A stretch of 64,000 nt of DNA from Camelus ferus (taxonomy: Eukaryota), in assembly GCF_009834535.1 (NCBI RefSeq), contig NC_045707.1, positions 60,824,001 to 60,888,000 on the forward strand, read 5' to 3'. Below the pieces are notes generated by a model. It had not been told where the DNA came from. It was given only the letters and a program-made list of their open reading frames with translations, and did no database searches. Below, piece after piece: positions 13,030 to 23,760 of the stretch. The translations under genes were made by a program, and so were the position numbers. Every line of letters begins with the position of its first letter. Position 1 is the first letter of the stretch.

Positions 13030-13470
13030 GCCAATTTTAAATCCCAGTGCAACTTCTTAGTTGTTTGTGACCTTGGGCAAGTTACTTAATTGCTTTCAGC
13101 CTTGGTTTCCTGATCTGGAAGCTGGGGATAATAATAGCTTGGATGCTGGAATATGTACTGTGTGCCAAACTCTATGCCAAGTGCTTCACCTGCACGATCT
13201 CACGTAAGCTTCAAAGCAAGTCTGTTAGTTATGTACAGTTAATATCGTTATCATATCCTCTTTACAGATGTTAAAAAGAACCACACAGCGAGTCAGTGGT
13301 GGATCCAGGATTTAAATCTGGGCAGGGTGATCGCAGGGTTTGCATATGTAAACACTGTGCATACTTCAATACTAAAAATCAAAAGCCCTGTTGCAGCAAT
13401 AAAATGAAATAAACCATGTAAAGTGCTTAACCCAGGGTCTGACCCCTCTTAAGTGCTTAATAAATATTAT
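13030..13470. mobile_element. Two MIR SINEs (a + copy interrupted by a - copy)
   Basis: Plus core 'tgtgaccttgggcaagttacttaa...ggggataataatag' (13030-13140); minus copy 13140-13360 ('tttacagatg...ccaggatttaaatctgggcag'); plus tail 'catgtaaagtgcttaa...aagtgcttaataaatatt'. Confidence 0.75.
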
Positions 13471-13704
13471 AATGTGTGAATACAATGATAGAGAACTAGT
13501 TTGTATTATCGCCATTCCCAGGCACTTTGAAAGTGAGAGCTAGAATCTTTATCCGCTTCAGGAAATAACATAGAGAAATCTTTCAAGTTACAGGTGAGAG
13601 AATCATGAACATCATGTGTTGGTGTGATTGGGGTTGGAAGTTCTCATTGATGGCACAATGGGTATCATAATCTTGATGAATTGCTTAGTCTTTTTCACTC
13701 CTTT

Positions 13705-14225
13705 CTTCCTCTCCTTCCTCCCTTCTTTCACTTGGCTAGTACTTTGTGATTACTTAGTATGTGCCAGACCTGTGCCAGGAGTCACTAACACAACAGTGAA
13801 CACAACAGTCACATTCTCTGCCCTGTGAGCTTACATTGTGGTTAGGGAAAATAGACAATCAGTAGCTGTGTAATATTTAATAAGTGCTTTGAGGGTAAAT
13901 AATGCAGGTTAAAATAACACAGAGTGAAGAGGTAGGGGCAAAAGGAATTCATTTATGAATAGGGAGTCCAGGGAAGGCTGCTTTGTTGAGGTGACATTTG
14001 AATAGACACCACAAGAAGTGAGGAGGAGATTTATGAGAATACTTGGGGACAGAGGATTTCAAGTGAAGGAAAAGAGTAGTTTCAGAGGCTCTGAGGTGGG
14101 AGTGTGTTAGAAATATACAAGAAATAGCAAGGAGGCCAGTGTGACTGGAATAGAGTGAGCATGGCAGTAAAGACCAGAGAGGTGTATTGGGCCAGATTAT
14201 AGAAGGCCTTAGGGCCTTGGTAATG
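13705..14225 (-). mobile_element. L2a 3' region
   Basis: 'tatgtgccagacctgtgccagg...ccagggaaggctgctttgttgaggtgacatttgaatagac...gcaaggaggccagtgtgactggaatagagtgagc'. Confidence 0.85.
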
Positions 14226-14244
14226 GAGGGTATTAGTGAGAGAG

Positions 14245-14390
14245 AGTTTTACATAATGGTGAAGAACATAGCTTCTGTCAGCAAATTCTCTAAGCTCAAA
14301 TGCTAGTTTTACTGTTTGGGTGACTTTGAGCATTTTATGGTACCTCTTTGTGTCTCATCTGTACAGTCTCCTCATCTGTAAAATGGATTT
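14245..14390 (+). mobile_element. MIR fragment
   Basis: 'gggtgactttgagc...cagtctcctcatctgtaaaatgg'. Confidence 0.65.
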
Positions 14391-15691
14391 ACTGTCAAAT
14401 TTAGCTTGAGCAATTTCTAGCAATTTTTTTGGCATCTATGTAAAGAGCTGAAGTTAAAGCATTTCTTTTTTTGAACTTGTAATTCATGGAAGATATTAGC
14501 CTTTACTTTCATAAATACCAAAAATGGATTTTGTATTAACTATGTGGAGGGTGGTGTTTCAGACTACTATCATGAGATAACTAACAAAAAGGTATCAGTG
14601 GTAGCGTTTCACTAATCAATGATAGTACTAATCACTAATTATAGTGGCTAATTGATAATAGTATTTCAATCAACAAGTGACCTTGCCTGTTACCAGTGAG
14701 TTTCCAATGAGACTTGAGAATAGGTCTGAATCTGAACACCTATCAGACCACATATCAGAATGAACTTCCTTCCAGACTAATTCAGTCTTTCATTAAGGTG
14801 GCTCAAGTAATATGGATGAAGATAAATCTAGGCCATAAGGGTGTAGCCTATAAAGGAAGATATGCTTTGTCAGTGTTCTAATATGCAATATAATTAGGTT
14901 TCCAGTCTAGACACTTCTGAAAACAACACAAGCAGCCAAGTACATCAGGTCAAGATTTTAGTTCAGAAAGTGTGATGAGAATGAATATTTCATAGGATTG
15001 TTCTTCCTTATAAAAGGATGACCTCTATTACAGAGTATATGTTTAGATCTCATACATATTTGGCAGTGCCAACGTCTTCATTATCTATGATTCACTTCCC
15101 AAAGTAAAGATAGGAACACAAGTGAAAAGGAAGTTAATACTTATTAGGATTCCTTGCTTCCAAATGCAACATCTACTGCATTTACAACTCTTACTGCCTC
15201 TGTTAGCTGTTAACCCAAGATGATGATTATTATTTTTTCCTCCAAGGTGATAAGTAAACAAATGGCTTGAGCAGCAACCTCTATGCTAATTCTGAGGTAG
15301 AGGATGATTGTGATTATGAGTCCTGTTCCATTTTCATTCATTCAACCATCACTTATAAGCATCCACCATGTTGGCCATGAGAAGCTCAGAGTCCCACCAC
15401 CATCACTGCTATCTTTGCTGTTCCCTCAAGATCGGGATCAAGGGCAAGAAGAGTAATTGAGACAGGTTTCTAGAAAGTATAGTCTTGTTGAAAGGGTTTA
15501 AATTAGTCTGTTTAGGGGTAAATGTTCTGCTGACACTGACTCTTTTTCATCCCATAATTCCAGATAAGATGGACCTAGAAGTTAAGTCTATCAGATAACA
15601 GATCAAAGAATAAAAATCAGGGGTGCTATTGACCAAGAGATATTCACAGAATCCTTCCCTCACCCCACAACCCCTCATTTCACACCTGATG

Positions 15692-15740
15692 AGGAAGAAT
15701 CTGTCCATGCTGTAGAAGGAAGAATCTGTCCATGCTGTAG
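15692..15740. repeat. Perfect tandem duplication, 25-bp period
   Basis: AGGAAGAATCTGTCCATGCTGTAG at 15692-15715 and 15717-15740. Confidence 0.95.
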
Positions 15741-16679
15741 GCTCTGGATGTCTTTTCCTTGATAGGGCCAGAGCCAAAGACAGAAAGCCTAAGAGCTCAG
15801 GCTTCTCTGGGCAAAATATATTTATCAAATTGTATGTGGTCTACTCTAGGTCACAAGGACTTGGGCCACTTGGATTTGTGCACTTGGACTTGGGCCAGAG
15901 CCCAGCTAAATCCAACATGTTCGTTGGCCAGCATTATTTTCTGGGCATGTATTTCATTCTAGAGAAGAATTCAGGTGTGCTGAGTTCTTTGGATATCAGT
16001 CCCTCCATTTCCATTTATTCCTAACAGACAGCATAGATTTGATGAACCAAGAAAGCACATATCCTCAGGACCAGCATTTGGGGAGTAGAAGGTCCCAGCG
16101 AGTGAGGGAAGCTGCTAGTAGGCCTGGAAAGTAGCAGAAACAGGGATTACTTTTGGGTGCCAGATAGTCCAGGACTTCAAATGCTGGACCAGCAAAGAGC
16201 TGTGAGAGCCAAGTCCAGCTCATCAGTCAGCTCTGCCCAGTGGATCTGGAGGCGCTGACTTCCCCTCTGGAAGCTCAGCCAAGGAAGTCAAGCCAGGAGG
16301 ATGAGATCACTGTCGCCTTATTAATGTCCCATGTGTAACAAAAGTGGGTGGCAGGGAGAGTTCTCTTTCCAGAGAACACTCTGTCTTGTTGCTTAGTTAA
16401 ACAAAGACAAATAGGTTTCAAAATGTGTGACATTTCAGCAGGAGGCAGGTAGGTACAAGTCCACGATCCTTCCTCTGCAGTTGCATCCAAAAACCTCTGA
16501 AAAACAGAACCTTTTTTTTTTTTTTCAATAAGTTCAGGGACAAAGCTTATTTGGTGCAAAGCAGTTGTGTCTCAGAGCTCTTGCCCATCACAATCACATC
16601 TGCTGTGTGCATTTTTTGTTATTTTGAAATTTGGGTTTCATTTCACTCTTTGAAAAGATTGAAGCTGTTCCTGTAGGTA

Positions 16680-18780
16680 AGAGGGAAGAGAAGGAAAGGG
16701 AGCCCCTGTTCTAATCAACAACATAGTAAGAAAAGTTATTACAAGAGACAGAAATTAGTGTCTGTCTTAATGAAAAATAGAATATTGGAATCAAAACCAT
16801 ATATGACTGAAAACTGAATGGCAAGTTGTGGACGATTTTTTATGCAGTGATGATCAAGAACTAATTGCAAAGGGCAAACAATGCAGATCATGACCGTGTG
16901 TTGATAAAATGGATTCGACAGTGGAAAAGTGAACGTATACTGCTAGTTTATTGGTCATGAAACAAGCTACTGTAATATATGACAAAAACTGAACATTGAA
17001 ATCAATGTAAATGTTCAGAAGGCTGCTGTATTGGTCAGGGCTCTACAGAGAAACAGAATCAATAGGGTATTATATGTGATTATATATATGATATATAAAT
17101 AATATAAATATATTAATAATAATATATAATATAATAAGTAATATAAATATATACAAATCATATACATATACATATATATATATATATGATTTATTTTAAG
17201 AAATTGACTTACATAATTGTGGGGACTGGCAATTCCAAAATCTGTACAGCAGGTTGGCAGGATAGAAACTCAAGACAGAATTTCTATGTTAGGGTCCTAA
17301 GGCAGATTTTCTTCTTCTCCGGGAAATCTCAGTTTTTGTGCTGAAGCCTTCAATTGCCTAGTTGAAGCCCACTGTCATTATTGAAGGTAATCTTCTTTAC
17401 TTAAACTCAACTAGTTGTAGATACTAATGACATCTACAAAATACCTTCACAACAACATCTAGACTCATGTTTGACCAAAAAGTGGTCACTGTAGTCTAGC
17501 CAAGTTGACACACAAAAATTAACCATCACAGCTGCCTGCAATATTTAAGAGTATCATGGAATAAAATATCTAAAAAAATATAATGAAAGCACTCCTCCTG
17601 ATGTTGCAGCAACTAAAATCTTGACAAATTTATTAAAACGGTGTCTGATATAAACCTTAGTCCTGAATATATTTATGATTTTGATAGTAAAGTTCTATAT
17701 TGGTACTGAAATCCCCCCCACCCCACATCACTTTTAAAAGAAAAATCATTAACAATGACTGAGGAGAGAGCACCTACAGGTTTTGACAACACTAAACACA
17801 GGTGGACTGTTCTTGCATGTTCAATTACTGCAGGAACACACGAGATAAACTTGACAGTGCCTGGGATCTGAAAGGTGTTTGTAATTTACCTATACAGTAG
17901 TATGCAAACAAGAAAATATAATATTTTACTAGAGGAAAATATCTCTGGAGAATATTTTATGATGATTTAATAGCTTCTTTGTATGAGCAATGTAGTCACC
18001 TTTCAGGGGAGCTAGACTGGAAGAAAACTGTGAAACTGTGTTGCTCTTGGACCATGGCTTTGCATACATTCCTCCTAAACTTTTTGCATAATAAAAAAGT
18101 TTTTCTTTTCCTCTGAAGATGACATCAGTACTACAACCTTGGGACCAAAGAATTTTATACACTATGAAAAGCAAGTATAAACACTCTTTCCAAACTGTAT
18201 GTGTGCTTCAGTGAACAGAAGCCCAGGGATCTGAAACTTCCTAAAAGAGTTTAGTCTTAAGGATCCCATTTGTGGTGATGCCAATGCTCAGAATGATATA
18301 GTTAAACCAACACTGACAAATCATGATTGTGGACTTGTGGCTACTCTGATGCTGGAAATAAAATTTCCAACAAAGACTTAGATGAATTTTGGGTTATTAA
18401 TGAAAAAGTAATGATATCAATCTTTGTTATTCATAACAAATATTTATTGGCTGACTATATTAGAAGAAGCTGCTAGCAAAGAAATACTGATCATTGACAG
18501 TAATGTAATTGTGTTTCTTAAGTGAAGGGAAAATTGCTAAAAATGATAATATGGCTAAGCATGAGGATAACAGAGGTAATAATGGTGATGACGTGATGAA
18601 TATAGGTGAAAAAAATAACCATAGATGGTCTGGTGATGGTTAGTTAATGTGAGGTTAAGCAGTCGCTAGTATTGGACAGCATGCTTTAATCAGTGATGAA
18701 GAAACCCTTGGCATTCATGTAATTAAAGTGAAATTGCTTAGACAGAAGTCCATATTAATGAAATAAACCACACTGGAGGA
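16680..18780 (+). pseudogene. Decayed pogo/Tigger DDD transposase (CENP-B/JRK/TIGD-like), frameshifted and interrupted by MLT2
   Basis: Hand-translated blocks: DRVLIKWIRQWKSE (~16892), PEYIYDFDSKVLYW (~17662), RWTVLACSITAGTHEINLTV (~17800), VLLLDHGFAY (~18038), MTSVLQPWDQRILYTMKSKYK (~18118). These match the HTH-CENPB and DDD-domain motifs YNADETGLFW, LDNxxAHP and QPxDQGI. Confidence 0.85.
17027..17530 (-). mobile_element. MLT2 (MLT2D-like) ERVL solo LTR nested in the transposase
   Basis: 'tgtattggtcagggctctacagagaaacagaa' ... 'caagttgacacacaaaaattaaccatcaca'; perfect 5-bp TSD GCTGC (17022-17026 / 17531-17535); internal TA-rich tract. Confidence 0.93.
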
Positions 18781-18879
18781 ATTTTTAGCTTTATTTAATT
18801 TTTTAAAAAAATTTTAAAACTCACATCATTTCTTATGATTCTTTGGTTGCCTAGAAAGTAGATTACTCACAAACACAGC

Positions 18880-20010
18880 CATAATTTTTCTCATGGCCCT
18901 TTGCTATGTAACAGCTTCTGTTCGTTTTTCTCAGTCTATTTTCTCTCTGCTTCACTTTGGATGGTTTTTATTACTATGTCTTTTTAAGTTCAATGATTTT
19001 CTCTTCTGTAGTGTCTAATCTTCTGTCACTCCCACCCAGTGAATTTTTCATATCTTTCATTGCTCTCTTCATTATGCTGATGATTTCTTTTAAATCCTTG
19101 AACATATTGAAAATAGCTACGTTCAAGTGCCGTATACCAATTCTCTCCATCTCTATTATTTCTAGATCTGTTTCTGTTGATTGATTTTTTCCTAGGTGTG
19201 AATCACATTTCCCTACTTTTTCAAATGTCTATAGTAACTTTTGGTAGCTCTTGGAATGTAAAATTACACATTTTATTTTGCTGAGCTCATTCTTAAAGAA
19301 GTGTTGGATGTTACTACTGTAGGCTTGACCATTTCAAGGCTTGAATGTTTCAAGGCTTAGTTTTTTTAAGCTTTGTTAGGATAGGTTTAAGATACAATTA
19401 TTTAAGGTAGCCTTTATTTCAGGGCTAATTTAGTTTTTCTGCTAACGTGTGGTGCTTCAGGGTACCTACTGAGTGTCCTGGTTGTTCAGTGAGGACTCTT
19501 CACTCTGAATGATCAGAAAGTGCGTCTCCCAGCTCTCTGTGTGCCCTGGGAATTGTTCAGCTTACAGCCCACTGGTCTTTCTCTGCTTGGCCTCATGGAG
19601 TTTCTTTCTGTGTATTCTGTGTGGTTTACTCTTCAGCAACAGAGTCTTGGGAAGCCCAAATCAGATTTCTAGAACTCTTTTTTTCTGCATTACTCCTTCC
19701 CTTCTGATATACCTGTCAGCAGATTCCATGCACTTTCGCCACCTTCCTGAGGTGATGCAACAATACCACCAAGCTCTGCTTAGGATAAACCTTCCTGTAC
19801 TTTGGTCCAGAACGTGCCTCCAGTAGGAAAGCAAGGGCGATCAGAGTGCTCACCTCACTTGTTTTTCTTCTCTCAGAGATCGCACACTTGCACAGAATGC
19901 TACCCAGTGTCCAAAAACAGCTATTTTATATATTTTATTCATTTTTCCTTTTTTACAGCAGGAGGGCAAGTCTAGACCCACCTATACCATCATGTCCAGA
20001 AACCGAAGTT
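18880..20010 (-). mobile_element. Old L1M 5'-end/ORF1 fragment nested in the Tigger
   Basis: 'agttcaatgattttctcttctgtagtgtctaatcttctgtcactcccacccagtgaatttttcat' is the typical L1M ORF1 antisense pattern; ends 'ccatcatgtccagaaaccgaagt'. Confidence 0.7.
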
Positions 20011-20394
20011 GGAGGAAGTGTTTTAAAGGCTGTGGATAGTGCCGCTGCTTCATCACTTGAGAATCTTGCTCCTGACCCGTCATCTGATGTCCAGTTATAA
20101 CCTGATGACTAACATATCCTCTTCTCTATGGTCTTCAGGTAAGTGGACATGAGAAACATTTATTGAATGTGTGTGTGTGTGTATGCATACACTCTAAAAC
20201 TTAATTTTATCCTATGTATAGTTGGAATTTTACTGATTATTTCTCTTAGAGGTAAGAAATACTTTTTGGTCTATATTTATTCCACTATTTTATTTATAAA
20301 TTTATAGCTATATAAATAAACCATAATACTATTTATAGTCTTTAGCTTGAATAGTCATATTCAAGCAGAAATATTAAGTGTTTGATTTTGGGAT

Positions 20395-20755
20395 TTTGCT
20401 CAGGCTGTGTTATGCAAAATACCATAGATTAAGTGGTTTAAACAACAGACATGATTTCTCACAGTTCTGGAGCTGAAGTCCAAGGCCAAGGTGCCCGCTG
20501 ATTCAGTTTCTGCTGAGAACTCTTTCCCTGGCTCGCAGATGGCTGCCTTTTCACCATATCCTCACATAGTGGAGAGAGCGCTCTTGTGTCTCTTCCTCTT
20601 TCATAAGCACACCCGTTCTATCAGATCAGGGCTCTACACTTATGATCTCATTTAACCTTACTCATCTCTTTAACGGCCCTATCTCTAATATGCTCAACAC
20701 GGAGGGTTAAGACTTCAACATAGGAATTTTAGGGCGACGTGTTCGGTGCATGGTA
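20395..20755 (-). mobile_element. MLT1A/B-type MaLR solo LTR nested in the Tigger right arm
   Basis: 'aaaataccatagattaagtggtttaaacaacagacatgatttctcacagttctggag...gacttcaacataggaatttt'. Confidence 0.85.
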
Positions 20756-21031
20756 TCCACAGACTCCTCTGGGATATTATATAAAATATGGTATGTGAAT
20801 GCATAACCTTTCTAAAAATCTTTAAAATTCTAAATTATGAAATATCCAGCCACTACGGTTTCTGACAACCCGTTATTGACCTGTACGAAAATATCTGAGA
20901 ACCTATTTCCTCAAAAGAGTTGGGATTGTAGAACTATTATTCCAGAAAATAATAAAATTCTACAGAAATAAAAGAATATTTCAGGGCTTGTTTCTCCCTC
21001 TGAGCGTCCTTCTTTCTGAAGAGGATGGGGC

Positions 21032-21663
21032 TGTTAGGAACTCAATGAAAGGGGTCTAAAAATCTCAGCTGTGTTTGCATTTCAGCCTCAACCTGTTCTG
21101 TCCTTCCGTTTAAACTCGTGCATGTCCTCCTGGGGCAGGAAGCCCCATAAAAAGACCGGCAGGACCGCTGCTCTCCTCTTAGCACCATCCAGTTCCCTGG
21201 CCCAGAGGCTCTATCTCACTCTTCGCCTCTAAAGCGGCTAACTTACACCTAGAATTCTATTGGTTCCCTGAGCTCACTTCTGATTGGTTATTTCCTTCAC
21301 TCCTGATTGGTTATTACTCTCACTCCTGATTGGTCCACTTCCCTAACTTCTGATTGGTCCATTTGTAGTACTTTATTTGCATGGAGCTCACTCCTGATTG
21401 GTCTATTTCTACAAAGCTTGTTCCTGGTTGGTCAACTTCTGTTGTACTTTATTTGCATATGATGTTGCAAAGTGCAAAACTGGCAGCCTATAAAAGGCCT
21501 GTGTAAACCTACAGACAGGATCCAGAGCTTGAAGTGTTAATGCTGGCGTAGTAAAACTGAGTTCTCCAGCTGTCCAAGTGCTGCTTGGTCTCTCACCCTA
21601 ATCCAGGTTGCTGTCACAACTGAGCTGTAAGACGTTTTTCCACAACACTCGGAGTCAGGAACA
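21032..21663 (+). mobile_element. ERV solo LTR with CCAAT-box array (family not identified)
   Basis: TGTT...AACA termini, near-TSD GGGC/AGGC, U3-like tandem CTGATTGG units, TATAAAA at 21489 and an AGTAAA poly(A)-like hexamer at ~21550. The right boundary is inferred. Confidence 0.7.
21255..21500 (+). promoter_or_regulatory. Pol II promoter-like module: six inverted CCAAT boxes, two octamers, TATA box
   Basis: ATTGG at 21259, 21283, 21306, 21329, 21353, 21397 (degenerate GTTGG at 21427); ATTTGCAT at 21375 and 21451; TATAAAA at 21489. Activity is not shown. Confidence 0.6.
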
Positions 21664-21714
21664 AGGCAGGACTGTGGGTTTCTATCACGAGCGCATGCTC
21701 TTCTGGGTACAGCA

Positions 21715-21900
21715 CTCCTCTCCAGCTCTGCCACTCCCTGGCGGAGTGCCTTTTGGTGAGCCTCATCTCTAAATTGACAGTAATGACAGTGCTTACCTCG
21801 AGGGGTCTCCTGAGGACTTGATGGCATGATCCCCAGAAAGTGCTTAGCTTAGTGCCTGCTGCAGAGTGGGCTCTCAGTGGATGTCTGGCTATTGCCATCG
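21715..21900 (+). mobile_element. MIR
   Basis: 'tccagctctgccact...cctcatctctaaattgacagtaatgacagtgcttacctc...aaagtgcttagcttagtgcctg'. Confidence 0.75.
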
Positions 21901-22419
21901 CTGCTTTTGTTATTACGGTTAAAGGTGGGAAACGGGAAATTACTTTGGTCATTTCCATTAAGGTGAAGGTGACTTTGAGAAGAAGGAAACTCTCAAAGGC
22001 TTTCCTCCCTGCCACTTTCACAACTGCTTGGCACAGTCAGTGGACCTCTGCTCGTGCCTCCCAGAGGTGAGTGAGCACTGTCTCCTTCCAGCCTCCCCTG
22101 CATCTGTAGAACTCATGGGACTTGACATAAACCAACCGCAGGAAGGAGCGCAGGGGAGTAAAGAGCAACATCTCAGAGGCAGCTTTTTAGAACATTGCTG
22201 TTCTGGAGATGATGATCCTCCTCTCTTTCCTCAGAGATGCTGCCTGGAGAACCTCCAGAATATTCGCCATCTGTCCATCACCTGTGCCCAGCACCACGCC
22301 CCTTCCCTGTACCCTTCCTCGTTTTTCTAATGCTCGTTTCTTGTAATGCTAAACAAGTCACATGGGTCCCCCTTATGGGATTTTAAGCTGAATTAAATAG
22401 AAGGGACTGTAGTATAGAA

Positions 22420-22531
22420 ATACAATATTAAAATTAATTTCATTGGTTTCTTTTTACTTGTTTTAATGTGGCTACTAGAAACTTTAAAATTATATAAGTG
22501 GTTTGTACTATATTTCTATTGAGCAGAGCTG
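22420..22531. mobile_element. MER3-like hAT MITE fragment
   Basis: 'ttttaatgtggctactagaaactttaaaattatataagtgg...tatttctattgagcagagctg'. Confidence 0.75.
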
Positions 22532-23760
22532 CCTTAGAGAATTCTAGTTTTTTTTTTTTTTTCCACTGGAACTTACACGCACAATTTAAAAATACTTAAG
22601 TTGGGAGGATGTGGAAGGTTACTAACAAGCTACATGCTTTCCCCTAAGCCTCAAGTTCTGTTTGTAAGCAGTTAAATCATCTCTTCATGTACTGAAGACC
22701 AAAACTCAAATGTCTAGGGGATTAAAGAGAACAAAAGAGGGTCCGAAAAAGAGAGATGGTCCCTGCTGGCAGTGTCCTTGTCCTAGGCTGGGAAGCGAGT
22801 TGGCCAAATGGTACTTAATTGTGAAAGGGAAGAGGAAAACAAGCCACTTCTTAATCCTAATGTTCTAACACCTCTCTTCTAATCTCTCTCTAGCCTCCAT
22901 CTTCTAGGAGAGCAGGAGTCTTTGGGCTGGGAAGTTACATGGCCTTTTATGGGAGCTGGGAGGGGGGCCTGGGGATGCTGGCCCCTCAGAATAATAGGTA
23001 AAGATAAAAAACAGAGAGTAAACATTTGCTTATACTCAGTGGCCTGCGTTAGTAGGAACCAGTGATCTCAGTTTGAGTTAATGAGACCCAGAGAATGTCA
23101 AGGTAGTGAGAAGGAACCTTCATATACAAGGAATATAGAGCAAACAGATGACCGCAACAGTCTTCTCTGGATGATGAGCAGGCCATCCACTAAGACTCAT
23201 CCCCAGAGGCAAATTTACGATATCAAAGTTATTTTCCTTGAAGCAGCGAGTCTTCAGTTTTCTCTCTTCCTGTTCACATATTATCATTTTGCCACTGAGA
23301 ATAAACCAACGACATGTGAAGTGGAGACAACAGAACTCTTCTTGTCCTCCCCCAGATAATATGCTGATAGCAAAAATGTGTCACTCGTTCATTTCTGCAG
23401 GTGCACTCTTCTAAGTATTGTACCAAAGACATCTCTTGGGAGTTATTATTACTATTTATATTAAGAATTCTTCCTAGATAAACTATAGAGTCTGAGTTAA
23501 TAGATGTCTCACATGATATCTTGGAACATTTTGGGGGTGGTGGAAAGTTCTTAAATATCTTGCTTTGAATATTGATTCTGTACTTTACAACTGATATATC
23601 TAAGTACGATATAAATGTGGAATCAAAAATCAAGAGAAAAATTTTAGAATATTTTAACTTACTGAAGAGATTATTGAAAAGTTATCATATTGAGATTTTA
23701 AGACTATGTTATTTCCCTGACATCTGATTTACTCTCTTTCTGTGGTTTCTGTTTCTTTAG

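Larger units (their letters stand above)
16456..20883 (+). mobile_element. Near full-length Tigger (pogo-like) DNA transposon with MER96B-like ends (probably Tigger17), carrying nested insertions
   Basis: TA|caagtccacgatcc at 16454 and ttattgacctg|TA at 20884. Both ends resemble the recalled MER96B termini. A decayed transposase lies on the + strand. Confidence 0.85.

Noticed and set aside
16680..18780. Domesticated TIGD/JRK-like gene
   Set aside because: Multiple stops and frameshifts, an LTR in the coding region, and retained TIRs indicate a dead transposon.
21255..21435. Regularly spaced short repeats resembling a CRISPR array
   Set aside because: Mammalian context, a 23-24 bp total period with related rather than unique spacers, and no cas genes. 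Better explained as an LTR U3 tandem repeat.
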